DNA of 64,000 nucleotides, taken from Sedimentisphaerales bacterium. Its GTDB lineage: Bacteria > Planctomycetota > Phycisphaerae > Sedimentisphaerales > SM23-30. The stretch spans positions 160,001 through 224,000 of the forward strand of contig CAXXFK010000015.1 of assembly GCA_963663965.2 (NCBI GenBank), given 5' to 3'. A model generated the notes under the pieces. The model saw only the letters and a program-made list of their open reading frames with translations. It did no database searches and was not told where the DNA came from. Of the stretch, positions 1 through 11,233 are shown piece after piece (positions within the stretch are counted from its first letter, which is position 1; each line of letters opens with the position of its first letter). Both the position numbers and the translations under genes were made by a program.

Positions 1-13
1 GCCAAACGTATGC

Positions 14-2407
14 TTGGAGCAATTAGATACCAGTTTGATTACGATACCTTGGGGCCAACCTCAAATTAATCAATCTGTTGGAAAGAATGTTCTGCAAATT
101 AATGAGCAATCCTATTCCAGAGGTTTGGGATTACATGCCGCATGCAAATTCTGGATCGAAACAAGAGGCGCAACCCGTTTCAGCGGAGCGGTTGGAATTG
201 ACGATGAATCCCTTGGAACCGTCGCCAGTGCTCAGATGACAATTTACGGAGACGGTGCTCTTTTATGGGAAAGCCCTGTCTTTAAAGCTGGCCAACCCGC
301 CAATCGATTTGATCTGGACATTTCATCCATACAAAAAATCCTGATAGAAATATCGGATGGAGGAGATGGCATTAATAGCGATCATATCGATATCGTTGAT
401 GCGATCTTTGAAGTGAATGGGAATCCCCCCCGACTGATTGAAACCCCTCTTCCGCCTGATCGCTGGATTTTGGGGCAAAAACATGATATTGAGTGGAATG
501 TCGCTCACGAGGAGAGATTGCCGCATCAGGATTTTATTGAATTGAGCGGCCGTAAAGTGTCCTTTGTTCTTACCTATCAAGTTAATCCAGATAAAACGCT
601 GGAAATTAACCGTCGCCTTATCTGGCCTGCCCTGCGTACAATCCCTAACGATACTCATGCCAGCTTGATTCATGATTTTCCGAAAGAATTGTTCTATAAA
701 ATTGAGTCCAATGGAAATTCGATCTTACCTGAAACGGTCAACCAGATAATCATTCACGGTTTAGTAACGATCCGTTCAACACTGACAAATGGTTTACACA
801 TGGAACGCCTATTAATGCCCAGCATGAATAAAGGTTACGTTGTTGAAATTGTTCGAATTACCAATCCTACCAAGGATTCAGTAACACTCACTTTTACTCC
901 TCCCCATTACGAATATAAAACTGCCTCCGAAAAAGGAGTCTATGGATCCTACGTATTAGATATTTTAGCAGATTTTGAACCATCCATAACTTTGTTACCA
1001 GGGGCCGACCACACCTGTTCTCTTTTTTTTCGGGGCCGGAAACTAAACGAACTTCCGGAACAAGGTAACGCCCAACAGGAATTACAAGTACGTCAGCAAT
1101 ATGTCAACTCCCTTTTTGAATCCCTGATTTTGGAATGTCCGGACCCGATTATAACCCAGACTTTCAATTTTACCAAATTACGCGGTACCGAAAGCGTTTT
1201 TCAGACACAAGGTGGGTATATGTTTGCCCCGGGCGGAGAACGCTACTATGCCGCGATCTGGGCCAATGACAATGCGGAATATCAGGGCCCATTCGCCCCT
1301 TTTATAGGAGATTACTATGCCAATGAAGCAGCCCTGAATGCCTACCGCCACTTCGCTCGCTTTATGAACAATGAATTTAAACCGATACCATCTTCTATCA
1401 TCGCCGAAGGAGTTTCGATCTGGAATGGCGCCGGGGACCGTGGCGATGCCGCCATGATCGCCTATGGAGCGGCACGTTATGCCCTGGCGCGAGGCAGTCA
1501 GGACGTCGCCCGTGAATTATGGCCTCTGATTAAATGGTGTTTGGAATACTGTCAACGCCAAAAGAATACCCAGGGTGTTATCGCTTCTGATTGTGATGAA
1601 CTGGAACACCGATTCCCGGCGGGTAAAGCGAATCTTTGTACTTCAGCCCTGGCTTATGACGCATACCGCTCAGCGGCTATGCTGGCAAACACTCTGCATC
1701 TAAATTCATACATCAGCGATAAGTATCAACAGGAAGCCAATGCCTTGAAGGAAAATATAATCCGGTATTTTGCAGCAGAAGTTGAAGGGTTTCAAACCTG
1801 GCAATATTACGAAGGAAATACGGTTTTACGGGCATGGATTTGCATCCCTTTAACTACAGGGATCACTGACAGAATGGATGGGACCTTGGCTGCGTTATTC
1901 AGCCCGAGATTATGGACCCGCAATGGATTGGCAACCCAGGCCGGCGCCAGGACATTTTGGGATCGATCCACCCTGTACGCACTGCGCGGGGTATTCACCG
2001 TCGGAAAAACCGATTTGGGACTGGAAAAATTTCATTATTACAGTGAGAGACGCCTCCTTGGAGAACATGTTCCATACCCGGTCGAAGCCTGGCCGGAAGG
2101 CAATCAACGCCATCTGGCCGCTGAAAGCGCGCTGTATTGTCGAGTAATTACTGAAGGTTTGTTTGGAATTCGACCCACTGGATTCGGGCAATTTGAATGC
2201 GCTCCTTATCTCCCCTCTTCCTGGGATAAAATGGCTCTTAAACATATCAAATTATTCGACCGTGATTTTGATATCGTATCTGAAAGAACATCTGATGGTT
2301 TTGCCGTGACCATCCAATCGCCGCAACAACCGCCGGTCGTTTATCGTTGGAATGGTACAACCCCATTAAAAATCACCCTTGATCAACATGGCCTGCTTGA
2401 CAAATAA
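14..2407 (+). CDS. NPCBM/NEW2 domain + six-hairpin glycosidase-like protein (true start may lie upstream of the window)
   Basis: N-terminal NPCBM motifs (RGLGLHA, FSGAVGIDD, DGGDGINSDH); C-terminal (alpha/alpha)6-type motifs (YYAAIWAND, GDRGDAAM, SDCDELEHRFPAG, EGLFGIRP). Confidence 0.75.
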   Translation: MEQLDTSLITIPWGQPQINQSVGKNVLQINEQSYSRGLGLHAACKFWIETRGATRFSGAVGIDDESLGTVASAQMTIYGDGALLWESPVFKAGQPANRFDLDISSIQKILIEISDGGDGINSDHIDIVDAIFEVNGNPPRLIETPLPPDRWILGQKHDIEWNVAHEERLPHQDFIELSGRKVSFVLTYQVNPDKTLEINRRLIWPALRTIPNDTHASLIHDFPKELFYKIESNGNSILPETVNQIIIHGLVTIRSTLTNGLHMERLLMPSMNKGYVVEIVRITNPTKDSVTLTFTPPHYEYKTASEKGVYGSYVLDILADFEPSITLLPGADHTCSLFFRGRKLNELPEQGNAQQELQVRQQYVNSLFESLILECPDPIITQTFNFTKLRGTESVFQTQGGYMFAPGGERYYAAIWANDNAEYQGPFAPFIGDYYANEAALNAYRHFARFMNNEFKPIPSSIIAEGVSIWNGAGDRGDAAMIAYGAARYALARGSQDVARELWPLIKWCLEYCQRQKNTQGVIASDCDELEHRFPAGKANLCTSALAYDAYRSAAMLANTLHLNSYISDKYQQEANALKENIIRYFAAEVEGFQTWQYYEGNTVLRAWICIPLTTGITDRMDGTLAALFSPRLWTRNGLATQAGARTFWDRSTLYALRGVFTVGKTDLGLEKFHYYSERRLLGEHVPYPVEAWPEGNQRHLAAESALYCRVITEGLFGIRPTGFGQFECAPYLPSSWDKMALKHIKLFDRDFDIVSERTSDGFAVTIQSPQQPPVVYRWNGTTPLKITLDQHGLLDK

Positions 2408-2723
2408 AACTACTTCTGCGCAGAAGAGATGCACAAGAGTCATTTGATTAAGTTTTCCTTAAAAATATCACCATTACACAACATCGGGCTTGAATATATA
2501 AAACAGCCTTTGAGACTCGCATAGTCCTGAAATTATCTTGTATCGGATAAAGGGATCATTACAATTTAACAGGCTGACATTGGAGGAAATATAACATTTT
2601 TATTACGATCAAAAAATGGGAATGGACACAAAATAATTTTTTATTTTCCACCTCCAATTTTTCCCATCAATGACAAATTCATATGTTGCCTGACAAAGTT
2701 TAGATTCAATAACCCCAAACAAT

Positions 2724-3245
2724 ATGGATAAGAACAAACAGTTTATTCGCTTTTTTACCGGCGTCCAGGTTAAATTACATGCCTTTATCATGGCATGTGT
2801 GCATAACCGCAATGATGCCGACGATATCATGCAGGATGTTTCCGTAATTTTATGGGATAAATTCGAAACTTATGAAGTAAACCGGGATTTTGGCGCCTGG
2901 GCCATGGGAATTACTAAAATAAAAGTTATGGAATTCCTGCGTAAAAACAGGCGTTCAAAAATGGTTTTCAACGATTCCTTTTATCAATCGGTCTCTGATT
3001 ATACTGAGCAGGCCAATGATGACATAAACGAACGGATTGAAGTTGTCAAGAATTGCATGTTGAAACTTAAAGATAACGAACGAAATCTGTTAAAACTTCG
3101 TTACCACAAAAACCTTACTGTTAAGCAAGTCTCCCAGATCACCGGTCGTTCCTCGTACGGTTTATACAAATCTTTTGCACGATTAATCGTTTGTCTTCGT
3201 GAGTGCGTAAGGCGTAATCTGGCTATCCAGGGACTGGAGAGATAA
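2724..3245 (+). CDS. ECF RNA polymerase sigma-70 factor, Rhodopirellula/Verrucomicrobium type
   Basis: DADDIMQDVSVILWDKF, FGAWAMGI, LLKLRY, LRECV motifs; abuts a FecR-like gene. Confidence 0.9.
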   Translation: MDKNKQFIRFFTGVQVKLHAFIMACVHNRNDADDIMQDVSVILWDKFETYEVNRDFGAWAMGITKIKVMEFLRKNRRSKMVFNDSFYQSVSDYTEQANDDINERIEVVKNCMLKLKDNERNLLKLRYHKNLTVKQVSQITGRSSYGLYKSFARLIVCLRECVRRNLAIQGLER

Positions 3246-4955
3246 ATGACTGAAGAAAATAAACTCATTGAAATCTTTCTCCGTCTGCTGGAAAACGATG
3301 CGTCAGATCAGGATATCGCTGATTTTGAAAAATGGTACGAACTGACTCCAGACGCCAATGAGATTTACTGGAACTTTATCAAAGATTATGAAGCATTCCG
3401 TGTCGCGTGTGAAGCGGTTCATATCACCGGTATTTCTGCTCAGACCAATGGGGAACCGGTCAATCATAATATTCTATCCGCTTTGAGTGAGAATGAGCGC
3501 TCGGCGCCCACCATCGTACCGGAACAGAACCTTCCGGAATCATCTAACGAGATACTGACTCTTAAGATTAAGGCATTCCAACAGAATAATATACGCGGTC
3601 TGAAAAAGGGTTTCTGGTCCACACTGGGATTAGTAGCGTCGATTATCATGGTCTTATCGATCATTCTATATACTGAAATTATCCGTTTTCAACCCGGTAA
3701 AATCGTTGCAACCCTGGCGGATGGCCAGGATATCTCCTGGCGGGATTCCGCTTTCTCCGATCAAATAAACACACCGTTTTATTCCCGCCAAAAAACGGCT
3801 CAGCTTGATTCTGGTTTGGCGAAATTCATGTTCATTAATGGCGTCAAATTGGTTATGGAAGCTCCTGCGGCAATTAAATTTATTTCCGAAGATAAAATCA
3901 GTCTGGATTATGGCCGAATTTATGTGCGGGTGCCCGATCATTCCATCGGATTTACTGTATTAACGCATAATTCTGAAATCATCGATTTAGGCACTGGCTT
4001 CGGCATTTATGCCGATCAGGCGGGCAGCGCTTCCATCCATGTCATGGATGGACAGGTCAATCTGTTAAGCGGAAACAAAAGAAAACACAATCTAAGTAAA
4101 TTAGTTACGGTCGGGCAGGCTTATGAGGTTTCCGCGGATGGCCAGAAGGTTGATCCAATTGCATATTCCCCAACTCTTTTCGCCCGGGATCTATCCCCAA
4201 TCAATGGTAATGTCTGGCGGGGCGGTTCTCTGGACCTGGTTGACATATCCAACGGCGGCTTGGGAATCGACCTTAAAACAACACCTTGTACGATCAATCC
4301 GTTTACCGGCGAAATCATTAAACCAATCCGTGAAGATATGTCATTGAAAATCACGACGAATCCCTCTTATTGCATCACCGATTCATTATGGGCTGTCGAC
4401 GGTGTTTTTGTCCCCCAGCCGGTATTCTGGAATGCCGTGGTAAGTTCTGACGGCCACGTCTTTATGGAGATGCCCCGCATTGCAGGAGGCTGGCATAATC
4501 CAATTTTAACCCAGGCGGTTCAACGGTATATTTATATCGATACCGACAATCAGCCAACCTACCGAAACATTGAAGAACCGGTTATCGCCGGGGAATACTA
4601 TTGCCGCCCGGGCAATATGCCTGGCATGATTATCCATTCGAATCAGGGGATCACCTACGATTTGGATAAATTACGCCAGGCCCTGCCATTTATTGAAATT
4701 ACCGGGCTAAAAGCAAGGCTGGGACATCCTGATTCCGCTTATAAAATTTGTCGAACGGATTTCTGGGTCCTGTTGGATGGACAATTACGATTCCATTACG
4801 CCCACGACCCTGAAACCAGTGAGAGTATTCCGTTATCGTTGCCCCTGGAACGATCAAATCGCTTTCTGACTATGATCGCAACCGATGGCAATGATTCGAT
4901 TAATAACGATTGGTGGGGGTTGATCGAGCCCAGGCTGACAACCCGAGAAAAATAA
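3246..4955 (+). CDS. FecR-like anti-sigma factor with C-terminal NPCBM-like domain
   Basis: Single TM (~aa123-145); FecR motifs (GFTVLT, IIDLGTGFGI, IHVMDGQV); C-terminal DFWVLLDGQLRF...RFLTMIATDGNDSINNDW. Confidence 0.85.
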   Translation: MTEENKLIEIFLRLLENDASDQDIADFEKWYELTPDANEIYWNFIKDYEAFRVACEAVHITGISAQTNGEPVNHNILSALSENERSAPTIVPEQNLPESSNEILTLKIKAFQQNNIRGLKKGFWSTLGLVASIIMVLSIILYTEIIRFQPGKIVATLADGQDISWRDSAFSDQINTPFYSRQKTAQLDSGLAKFMFINGVKLVMEAPAAIKFISEDKISLDYGRIYVRVPDHSIGFTVLTHNSEIIDLGTGFGIYADQAGSASIHVMDGQVNLLSGNKRKHNLSKLVTVGQAYEVSADGQKVDPIAYSPTLFARDLSPINGNVWRGGSLDLVDISNGGLGIDLKTTPCTINPFTGEIIKPIREDMSLKITTNPSYCITDSLWAVDGVFVPQPVFWNAVVSSDGHVFMEMPRIAGGWHNPILTQAVQRYIYIDTDNQPTYRNIEEPVIAGEYYCRPGNMPGMIIHSNQGITYDLDKLRQALPFIEITGLKARLGHPDSAYKICRTDFWVLLDGQLRFHYAHDPETSESIPLSLPLERSNRFLTMIATDGNDSINNDWWGLIEPRLTTREK

Positions 4956-4982
4956 CAAACCCGTATTTGAAAGGAAAAGTGA

Positions 4983-7145
4983 ATGAAACTCCAAAGGTAT
5001 GCCAAAGCATTGTTAATGGCAGCATGGACCGTTGCCTTGATTGGAGGGAATCTGGCTGGTGCGACTTTGACGGATGGCCTGGTCGCTTACTATCCCTTTG
5101 ATGCCGGAGGGACGTATGATGAAAGCGGATATAATAATCACGGCACTATTGATGGAAGTGTCACGCCCCAGGAAGGCATCGTCGGAGGCGGCATGCTCTT
5201 TAATGGCCAAGGGGTGATTACTGCTCCGGATAAACCGCAGATTGACCTGGCCGGGAATCTGTCGTTTCAGGTCTGGTTCAAAACCTCCAGTACCAGCCGT
5301 ATGGGATTGCTGGGTAAAATCTATGCCTGGCCTTACGACGTGTTCCCTTATTACTGCGAATTAATTCAGGTTAACAGCGTCACAAAATTCTATCCCTATA
5401 TTGACGGCGCCGAATGGAATGGTGATGATCCGACGATACTGTTTGGAAATGCCCTTAACGATAATGAATGGCATCATGCCATAGTCACCTTTGATGATGC
5501 GGCAAACGTCATGAAGGTCTATATCGATGGTGTTTATAAGGGAGATGGCGGTACACAGGATGAGTTGATCGCTGATGAAGTAAATGATTACCCTCTGGTC
5601 ATTGGCGCCCTGCTGGCCGGGGATTCCCCCTCTTATTACCGAGTATTCAACGGAAGCATGGATGAAATAGCCATTTGGAATCGCGTACTGACCGAAAATG
5701 AAGTAACCGCTCTATACAACAATGGCCAGGGACGCCCGGTGAGCTCTGTAACTTACCCGGTTTCACCCCAGCATCATCAAACCGGTGTGGCTCCAACTGC
5801 CAGTTTACACTGGGAAACGGTTTCATCCGGTTCCGGCCAGAGCTATGACATTTATCTCGCCGGCAATCTGGATCCCAATCAAATAGACCCCAACAACTTA
5901 CCCCTGGTTGCCAGCGGGCTCGCCACAAAGGAATTCGATCCCGATGGCGAGCTGGGTTTCGATTTTACTTATCGTTGGCGAATTGTTACCCATATACCTG
6001 GCCAGGCAGACCAGACCAGCCCGGCTTGGACTTTTGTTGTTCGTTCGGATACGCCCTTCATTGCGACTCAACCACTTGATATCCATGCCACCCCGAATGG
6101 AATCGCTCAATTTACGATACAGGCAGAAAGTACCACTGACATGACTTACGCCTGGTATCGTCAGGTGGGTACAGAACCCACTCCGGCAACCGATCCACAA
6201 ATCTTCGACCAGAACGCCGGCACTCCGGAGGTTTTGGACCTGGCGTCAGTGCAACTTGCCGATGAAGGCTATTATTACTGTGTCGTATCTAATAATGGCG
6301 GCAGTGTAACCAGCTCTCCCGCCTTTTTAACCATCGATCGTATCATAGCAACCTGGGAATTTGACCAGACATTGGCCGATTCAACCGGTAATGGTTGGGA
6401 TGGACAGATGAGTCACGGTGCGACCCCCGTTTATGAGTCGGGCCTCAGCGGGACAGCCTTGAATCTCGCTGATACCCATGAATACGTTTATATCCCGGAC
6501 AGTAACCAGGGATTTGAATTCCTCAAGCGTGGTTATACCTTGTCTGTTTGGATTAATACAACGACGGGTGGATGGAATGGTGTTTTGACCAAATCTACTC
6601 GAGCGAGTGGTACTGCGGGTGGCGTAAACTACGCCAGCTATAAAGGAATCGTTATCACCCAGTATGATGGCTGGGCAGGTCACCAGATCCGTGGTGCAGG
6701 CGATTACTGGGGCAGCAACAACATCAACGACGGAAAATGGCACATGATTACAGCCACCTATCGCAACGATAAATGGGCCGAAATTTATGTCGATGGCCTG
6801 CGTTATTCCACCACCGGCGGACCGGTTGATGTTGATCCAACTACCAGTGCCGACACGGACCAACCGTTCGTAATCGGTAATGAATTAACGGTGCAATTGG
6901 AAAATGGGGATGATGTGCCATTTAACGGTCTGATCGATAATGTTCAGGTCTACAATTATGCGCTTTCACAGGATACCATTGCTGATATGTACCTGGCTTA
7001 TGTTGAGCAGGAGTATCTTTGCAAGAGTCGTCCGGAATTCGATTTTAACAACGATTGCATAACCGACCTGCTGGATTTCGCTCAGTTTGCCCAAACCTGG
7101 CTGGAATGCTACCGCTATCCGGAATGCCTGGATACACTGGAATAA
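4983..7145 (+). CDS. Secreted LamG-like jellyroll (x2) / Ig-domain protein with dockerin-like C-terminal motif
   Basis: Signal peptide; GLVAYYPFD, WHHAIVTFD, FNGSMDEIAIWNRVL; Ig DEGYYYCVVSN; C-terminal DFNNDCITDLLDFAQFAQTWLEC. Confidence 0.85.
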   Translation: MKLQRYAKALLMAAWTVALIGGNLAGATLTDGLVAYYPFDAGGTYDESGYNNHGTIDGSVTPQEGIVGGGMLFNGQGVITAPDKPQIDLAGNLSFQVWFKTSSTSRMGLLGKIYAWPYDVFPYYCELIQVNSVTKFYPYIDGAEWNGDDPTILFGNALNDNEWHHAIVTFDDAANVMKVYIDGVYKGDGGTQDELIADEVNDYPLVIGALLAGDSPSYYRVFNGSMDEIAIWNRVLTENEVTALYNNGQGRPVSSVTYPVSPQHHQTGVAPTASLHWETVSSGSGQSYDIYLAGNLDPNQIDPNNLPLVASGLATKEFDPDGELGFDFTYRWRIVTHIPGQADQTSPAWTFVVRSDTPFIATQPLDIHATPNGIAQFTIQAESTTDMTYAWYRQVGTEPTPATDPQIFDQNAGTPEVLDLASVQLADEGYYYCVVSNNGGSVTSSPAFLTIDRIIATWEFDQTLADSTGNGWDGQMSHGATPVYESGLSGTALNLADTHEYVYIPDSNQGFEFLKRGYTLSVWINTTTGGWNGVLTKSTRASGTAGGVNYASYKGIVITQYDGWAGHQIRGAGDYWGSNNINDGKWHMITATYRNDKWAEIYVDGLRYSTTGGPVDVDPTTSADTDQPFVIGNELTVQLENGDDVPFNGLIDNVQVYNYALSQDTIADMYLAYVEQEYLCKSRPEFDFNNDCITDLLDFAQFAQTWLECYRYPECLDTLE

Positions 7146-7163
7146 ATTGAAAGTATTGCGTAT

Positions 7164-7203
7164 AGGTTCAGTCGAGCCGGCAAATGGCCCGGCTGAACCT
7201 TTC
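7164..7203 (+). terminator. Hairpin after the LamG gene, possible terminator or mRNA-stabilising stem
   Basis: AGGTTCAGTCGAGCC...GGCCCGGCTGAACCT stem with only a short U tract. Confidence 0.5.
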
Positions 7204-7275
7204 ATATCCTGATAAATAAAGACTAACATCCAATATAAATCACCCCTGATTGATTTAACCAAATAAAAAATACTT

Positions 7276-8740
7276 GTAACCGTTCACACATTCTGACAGA
7301 TTAACGATGGATATTTTATGTTGCTCCAATGAGCAATAATCGATTCATGGATAAAATCAAGGACATTCTGACGCTGTTTTTTGCAGGTTGCTATTGTTGT
7401 CCAGATGCGTTCGCACCAGCGCATGCCTGCCTGGCCGCGCGTTCCTTGCGTGATCCGTCGGTCAATCACCACGGTGCGAATTTGGCGCTCCGTGCCATTA
7501 TTGGTGGGTTCGACAGCCGGCTCCGTCAAAAATCGGAAGTAATCGGTTGCAGCATTGCCCTTAAATCGTTTGGCCAGTTTCTGGGCCAGTTTGTGATTCG
7601 GCGGCCTTCGCATTTGCTTCAAAAAGCCGGTTTTGAGGCGCGCCATCGAACGCAACCAGCCCGGTGGCGTCAAGGCGTCCCGCCGATGCAGGGTGTCAAA
7701 CAGTTTTTTGAGCCATGCCAGCAATTTTGTTCCCCAGCGAGACAGTGCGGGCACGCGATGCTCGGCCAGAAAACGAACGTCTCGAATCAAGTGAGCCATG
7801 CAATACTGAACACGAACACCAAACAACCGGGCATACTTGCGATAGGCGCCCCAGTAATCGGCCCCAATGATCCCGGCAAAGGTTTTACCAAGCATGGTTT
7901 CCAGCACGCCGCTGCCGCGCGACGGATCAATCTTAAACAAACTGTAGGCGCCGGTATCAAAACACCAGGTCCAGTGCAGCTTGCCATTGTCATGATGGCC
8001 TGTCTCATCGATATTGACCTGCGGTTCGTTCGGCAATCGGTCGGCCAGTTCATCATACGATCGGCCCAAGGCGCTCGATCCCTTCTGAACCGCCTTGCCA
8101 AGCATGCCGCGAGAAACCTCCAGCTTCATCACCTGCTGGAAAAAACCCTGAATGGTGCTATACGACATATGGCAGGCGCCTTTCAAATAGGACACCAACG
8201 CCGTCAGGTCCGCACCCAGCAATCCCCCTTTACGAATCTCGTTCGGCAAGGGGGTGATCTGGACCTTTCCTGTCACAGGGTTTCGGTACTTTCTGGCTCG
8301 ATGCTCAATCACCTGGTACATTTTCTCCGGCAATCCGATTTGTTGAATGACAAACCAGGCATCCAGAGGCTTAAGGCCCACGGCGTCTTTGTCTGCCAAC
8401 TCGTATTCAAATGTGTGGTCAACTTCTTCAAACGGTTGACGCGAAAACTTTTTATGCCCATGCTGGCCACCCCGGTTGCGTTTTTTGCGACTAGCCTTAG
8501 CGGAAGGCCTCTTGGGTTTGACAATATCACTTGAGGGCGGCTTGGACGAATTGCTCGAATCTTTCTTGAGCCGAGCAATTTCTTCTTTGAGCTGCCTTAC
8601 TTCTTCGCGTAAGGAAGCGACCTCTTGGAGCAGCTGCGCTATAACAATATCTTTGTCATCCATAACTTATGGTATAACAGATGGTTGTGCAGGGCGCAAT
8701 CTTTTTTCTTGTTATTTTTAAAAAAAGTGTGAATTGTTAC
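7276..8740 (-). mobile_element. IS66-family element, single-ORF (ISBst12-like) type, 1465 bp
   Basis: Inverted ends GTAACCGTTCACAC / GTGTGAATTGTTAC; 8-bp target duplication AAATACTT at 7268-7275 and 8741-8748. Confidence 0.95.
7284..8663 (-). CDS. IS66 family transposase
   Basis: DSSNSSKPPSSD, GGQHGH, IDETG, QYCMAHLIRD, PTNNGTERQIR motifs. Confidence 0.95.
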   Translation of the reverse strand: MDDKDIVIAQLLQEVASLREEVRQLKEEIARLKKDSSNSSKPPSSDIVKPKRPSAKASRKKRNRGGQHGHKKFSRQPFEEVDHTFEYELADKDAVGLKPLDAWFVIQQIGLPEKMYQVIEHRARKYRNPVTGKVQITPLPNEIRKGGLLGADLTALVSYLKGACHMSYSTIQGFFQQVMKLEVSRGMLGKAVQKGSSALGRSYDELADRLPNEPQVNIDETGHHDNGKLHWTWCFDTGAYSLFKIDPSRGSGVLETMLGKTFAGIIGADYWGAYRKYARLFGVRVQYCMAHLIRDVRFLAEHRVPALSRWGTKLLAWLKKLFDTLHRRDALTPPGWLRSMARLKTGFLKQMRRPPNHKLAQKLAKRFKGNAATDYFRFLTEPAVEPTNNGTERQIRTVVIDRRITQGTRGQAGMRWCERIWTTIATCKKQRQNVLDFIHESIIAHWSNIKYPSLICQNV

Positions 8741-8784
8741 AAATACTTTAAGATCTGAAACGATCTTCTGGAGAGACACTACGC

Positions 8785-10428
8785 TTGGATATTCTGAAAT
8801 TATTCTGCCTGCTTGCTTGTATCCTGACTGTTCCGGTAAATCAGTCAATGGCTGACAACCCTGCTTCTTATTTAACCGCCGTCAGCCCGGATCGGATTAT
8901 TGGAAAAATGAGCATTGACGAGAACATCTACGGATCTTCGATCGTAATCGCAGGCCAACCCTTTGAACGCGGGATATCGGTCCAGGCTGACAGCGAAATC
9001 ATTTACCCGTTAACCTCATCCTGGCATCGTTTGGAAGCCTGGGCAGGACTCGACATGCAATCCGCCAATCCCGGTCAGGCGCAATTTCAAATCTATGCCG
9101 ATGACCAATTGGTACTGGATAGCGGCAATGTCAGCTTTTATCCCTGGCAACCCGGCTCCAGTAATCCTAATCGCCCTTTTCGAGTTTCTGTGCCCTTGAA
9201 TGGCTGTCGTCAGTTGCGGTTAATTGTAAAAAACACCGGATCTCCTGCGGATAACGTATGCGCCAACTGGGCGAACCCCCGTCTGGTTACCCGCTCGGAA
9301 CCGGAATTTCGCCAACCGGTTCTCCTGAATAATCCGCCATTACCTCCGATGGGTTGGAATAGTTGGAATTGTTTTGGGACCGACATCGATGAAATAAAAA
9401 TCAAAGCGATCATCGATACCATTATTGATAGTGGTCTCTTTCAGGCTGGATATCGTTTTATCAACCTGGATGATGGCTGGCAGGCTCCTGAATATCATGA
9501 CGATCAGGGACGCCCTTTGTGTCATCCCATTCGTTTCCCCAATGGTATCAAGTCTCTGGCGGATTACGCGCACACCCATGATATGAAACTGGGAATCTAT
9601 ACCAGGCCCGCCTGGATCAGGAACCATTATCAACCAACCGCCAAAACCTTCGCCGAATGGGGAATTGATTATATCAAATTTGACTTCAGCGATGAAGAAA
9701 GCAATCGCCAGATGATTCAGGCCACCCGTTCAGCCGGACGCCCGGTCCTGTTTGCGGCCTGCGAATGGGGGGCAAACCTGCCCTGGCGCTGGGCTCCCGG
9801 GTTTGGCGCCGAATTATGGCGTACCAGCTACGATGTCGTCGATGCCTGGCACAACCAACGCGATAATAACCGCGGCATAGGTATCCTGGATGCCGCCCGG
9901 CAATGTGAATATGTGGCGTCGATTTGCGCCGGCCGGGGGATATGCGATCCCGATATGTTGATCGTCGGCTTAAACGGAAAATCTCATCATGGCGGTGGAT
10001 GCACTCTGGAAGAATATCGATCCCAGTTTACCCTCTGGTCATTGCTGGGGGCTCCTTTACTACTCGGCAACGATATCCGCAATCTAAGTCCGGAAATTAA
10101 AGCGATCCTGACCAGCCAGGAATGCATTGCCGTCGATCAGGATCGTCTCTCAGTGCCTGCCTGGCGGGTTTGCATCATGCCGTCTTTTGAAATCTGGAAA
10201 AAACCACTCACTGGCGGCGGCTGGGCCATCGGAATATTAAATCTTGATAATAAGCCCCAATCGATAACGATCGACTGGATAAAACTCCATATTACACAGC
10301 CATACACCATTAAAGACATCTGGAATGCCCGGGAACTCCCAAATACCAGTCAACCGCTAATCGTCCATCTGGTCCCCCACCAGACCGCCCTGCTTGAACT
10401 ACGACCAGCCACCGATTCTTCCCATTAA
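8785..10428 (+). CDS. Alpha-galactosidase, GH27, with N-terminal NPCBM domain
   Basis: [46 protein letters not shown]. Confidence 0.92.
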   Translation: MDILKLFCLLACILTVPVNQSMADNPASYLTAVSPDRIIGKMSIDENIYGSSIVIAGQPFERGISVQADSEIIYPLTSSWHRLEAWAGLDMQSANPGQAQFQIYADDQLVLDSGNVSFYPWQPGSSNPNRPFRVSVPLNGCRQLRLIVKNTGSPADNVCANWANPRLVTRSEPEFRQPVLLNNPPLPPMGWNSWNCFGTDIDEIKIKAIIDTIIDSGLFQAGYRFINLDDGWQAPEYHDDQGRPLCHPIRFPNGIKSLADYAHTHDMKLGIYTRPAWIRNHYQPTAKTFAEWGIDYIKFDFSDEESNRQMIQATRSAGRPVLFAACEWGANLPWRWAPGFGAELWRTSYDVVDAWHNQRDNNRGIGILDAARQCEYVASICAGRGICDPDMLIVGLNGKSHHGGGCTLEEYRSQFTLWSLLGAPLLLGNDIRNLSPEIKAILTSQECIAVDQDRLSVPAWRVCIMPSFEIWKKPLTGGGWAIGILNLDNKPQSITIDWIKLHITQPYTIKDIWNARELPNTSQPLIVHLVPHQTALLELRPATDSSH

Positions 10429-10447
10429 CCATAGAAAGGGATTCCAC

Positions 10448-11233
10448 ATGAATATGATTAATAAAAACAGACGGGGGTTTACTCTGATTGAATTACTTGT
10501 TGTTATTTCGATTATCGCTTTATTGATCGCGATATTAATGCCCGCGCTGGGTAAAGCCCGGGAACAAGCCAGGCTGATTACCTGTGTCACCAATGTCAGA
10601 TCGCTTTCCCAGGCCTATGACTTGTATCTGAGTAATTATGATGGCAAATTATTGCCTTACTACGAGGGGGGGGATTTCGCCCGGAAAATCCAGAATTTAT
10701 GGTTGTTGCAATTGCAGAAAATCCAGAAGGATGTCAGTGACAATCGCTTTTGTCCCATGGCAGCCAGGGCGAACCTCACTGTAGATCCTGTCGCAAAATC
10801 TCAATACTACCCGAAACACAAAAAAGAACCCTGGCACTGGCATGGTCTGAATACCGAATATGTCGCCGACGGCAGCTATGGCATGAATGGCTGGATTTAT
10901 GGCCCGAAATACAACGAATCCGATTTGCCGGATCATTACAAAAACAGTTCGGAAATCAAGCCGGCCGCCAATGTGCCGCGTTTTTTTGACTGTATCTGGG
11001 TTGACACCTGGCCTTCGGACAACAATAGCGTCAACAACCTGACATCCGATCCGGGCTTACTGGAAACCGGAAGCTGGGATAGTATGATGGGACGTATCTG
11101 GATTAACCGTCACGCCAAAAAACTCGCCATGTCTTTTTGGGATGGTCACGCCGAAGCGATTCCATTAAACACACTCTGGTCACTGGACTGGCACAAACGG
11201 TTTTACAAACAGCTTGATATTACGCTACCCTGA
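10448..11233 (+). CDS. Prepilin-type N-terminal cleavage/methylation protein (planctomycete pseudopilin, H-X9-DG C-terminus)
   Basis: [32 protein letters not shown]...C; SYGMN; RH...[18 protein letters not shown] upstream. Confidence 0.92.
   Translation: MNMINKNRRGFTLIELLVVISIIALLIAILMPALGKAREQARLITCVTNVRSLSQAYDLYLSNYDGKLLPYYEGGDFARKIQNLWLLQLQKIQKDVSDNRFCPMAARANLTVDPVAKSQYYPKHKKEPWHWHGLNTEYVADGSYGMNGWIYGPKYNESDLPDHYKNSSEIKPAANVPRFFDCIWVDTWPSDNNSVNNLTSDPGLLETGSWDSMMGRIWINRHAKKLAMSFWDGHAEAIPLNTLWSLDWHKRFYKQLDITLP

Noticed and set aside
7329..8534. 401-aa plus-strand ORF
   Set aside because: Antisense shadow of the IS66 transposase
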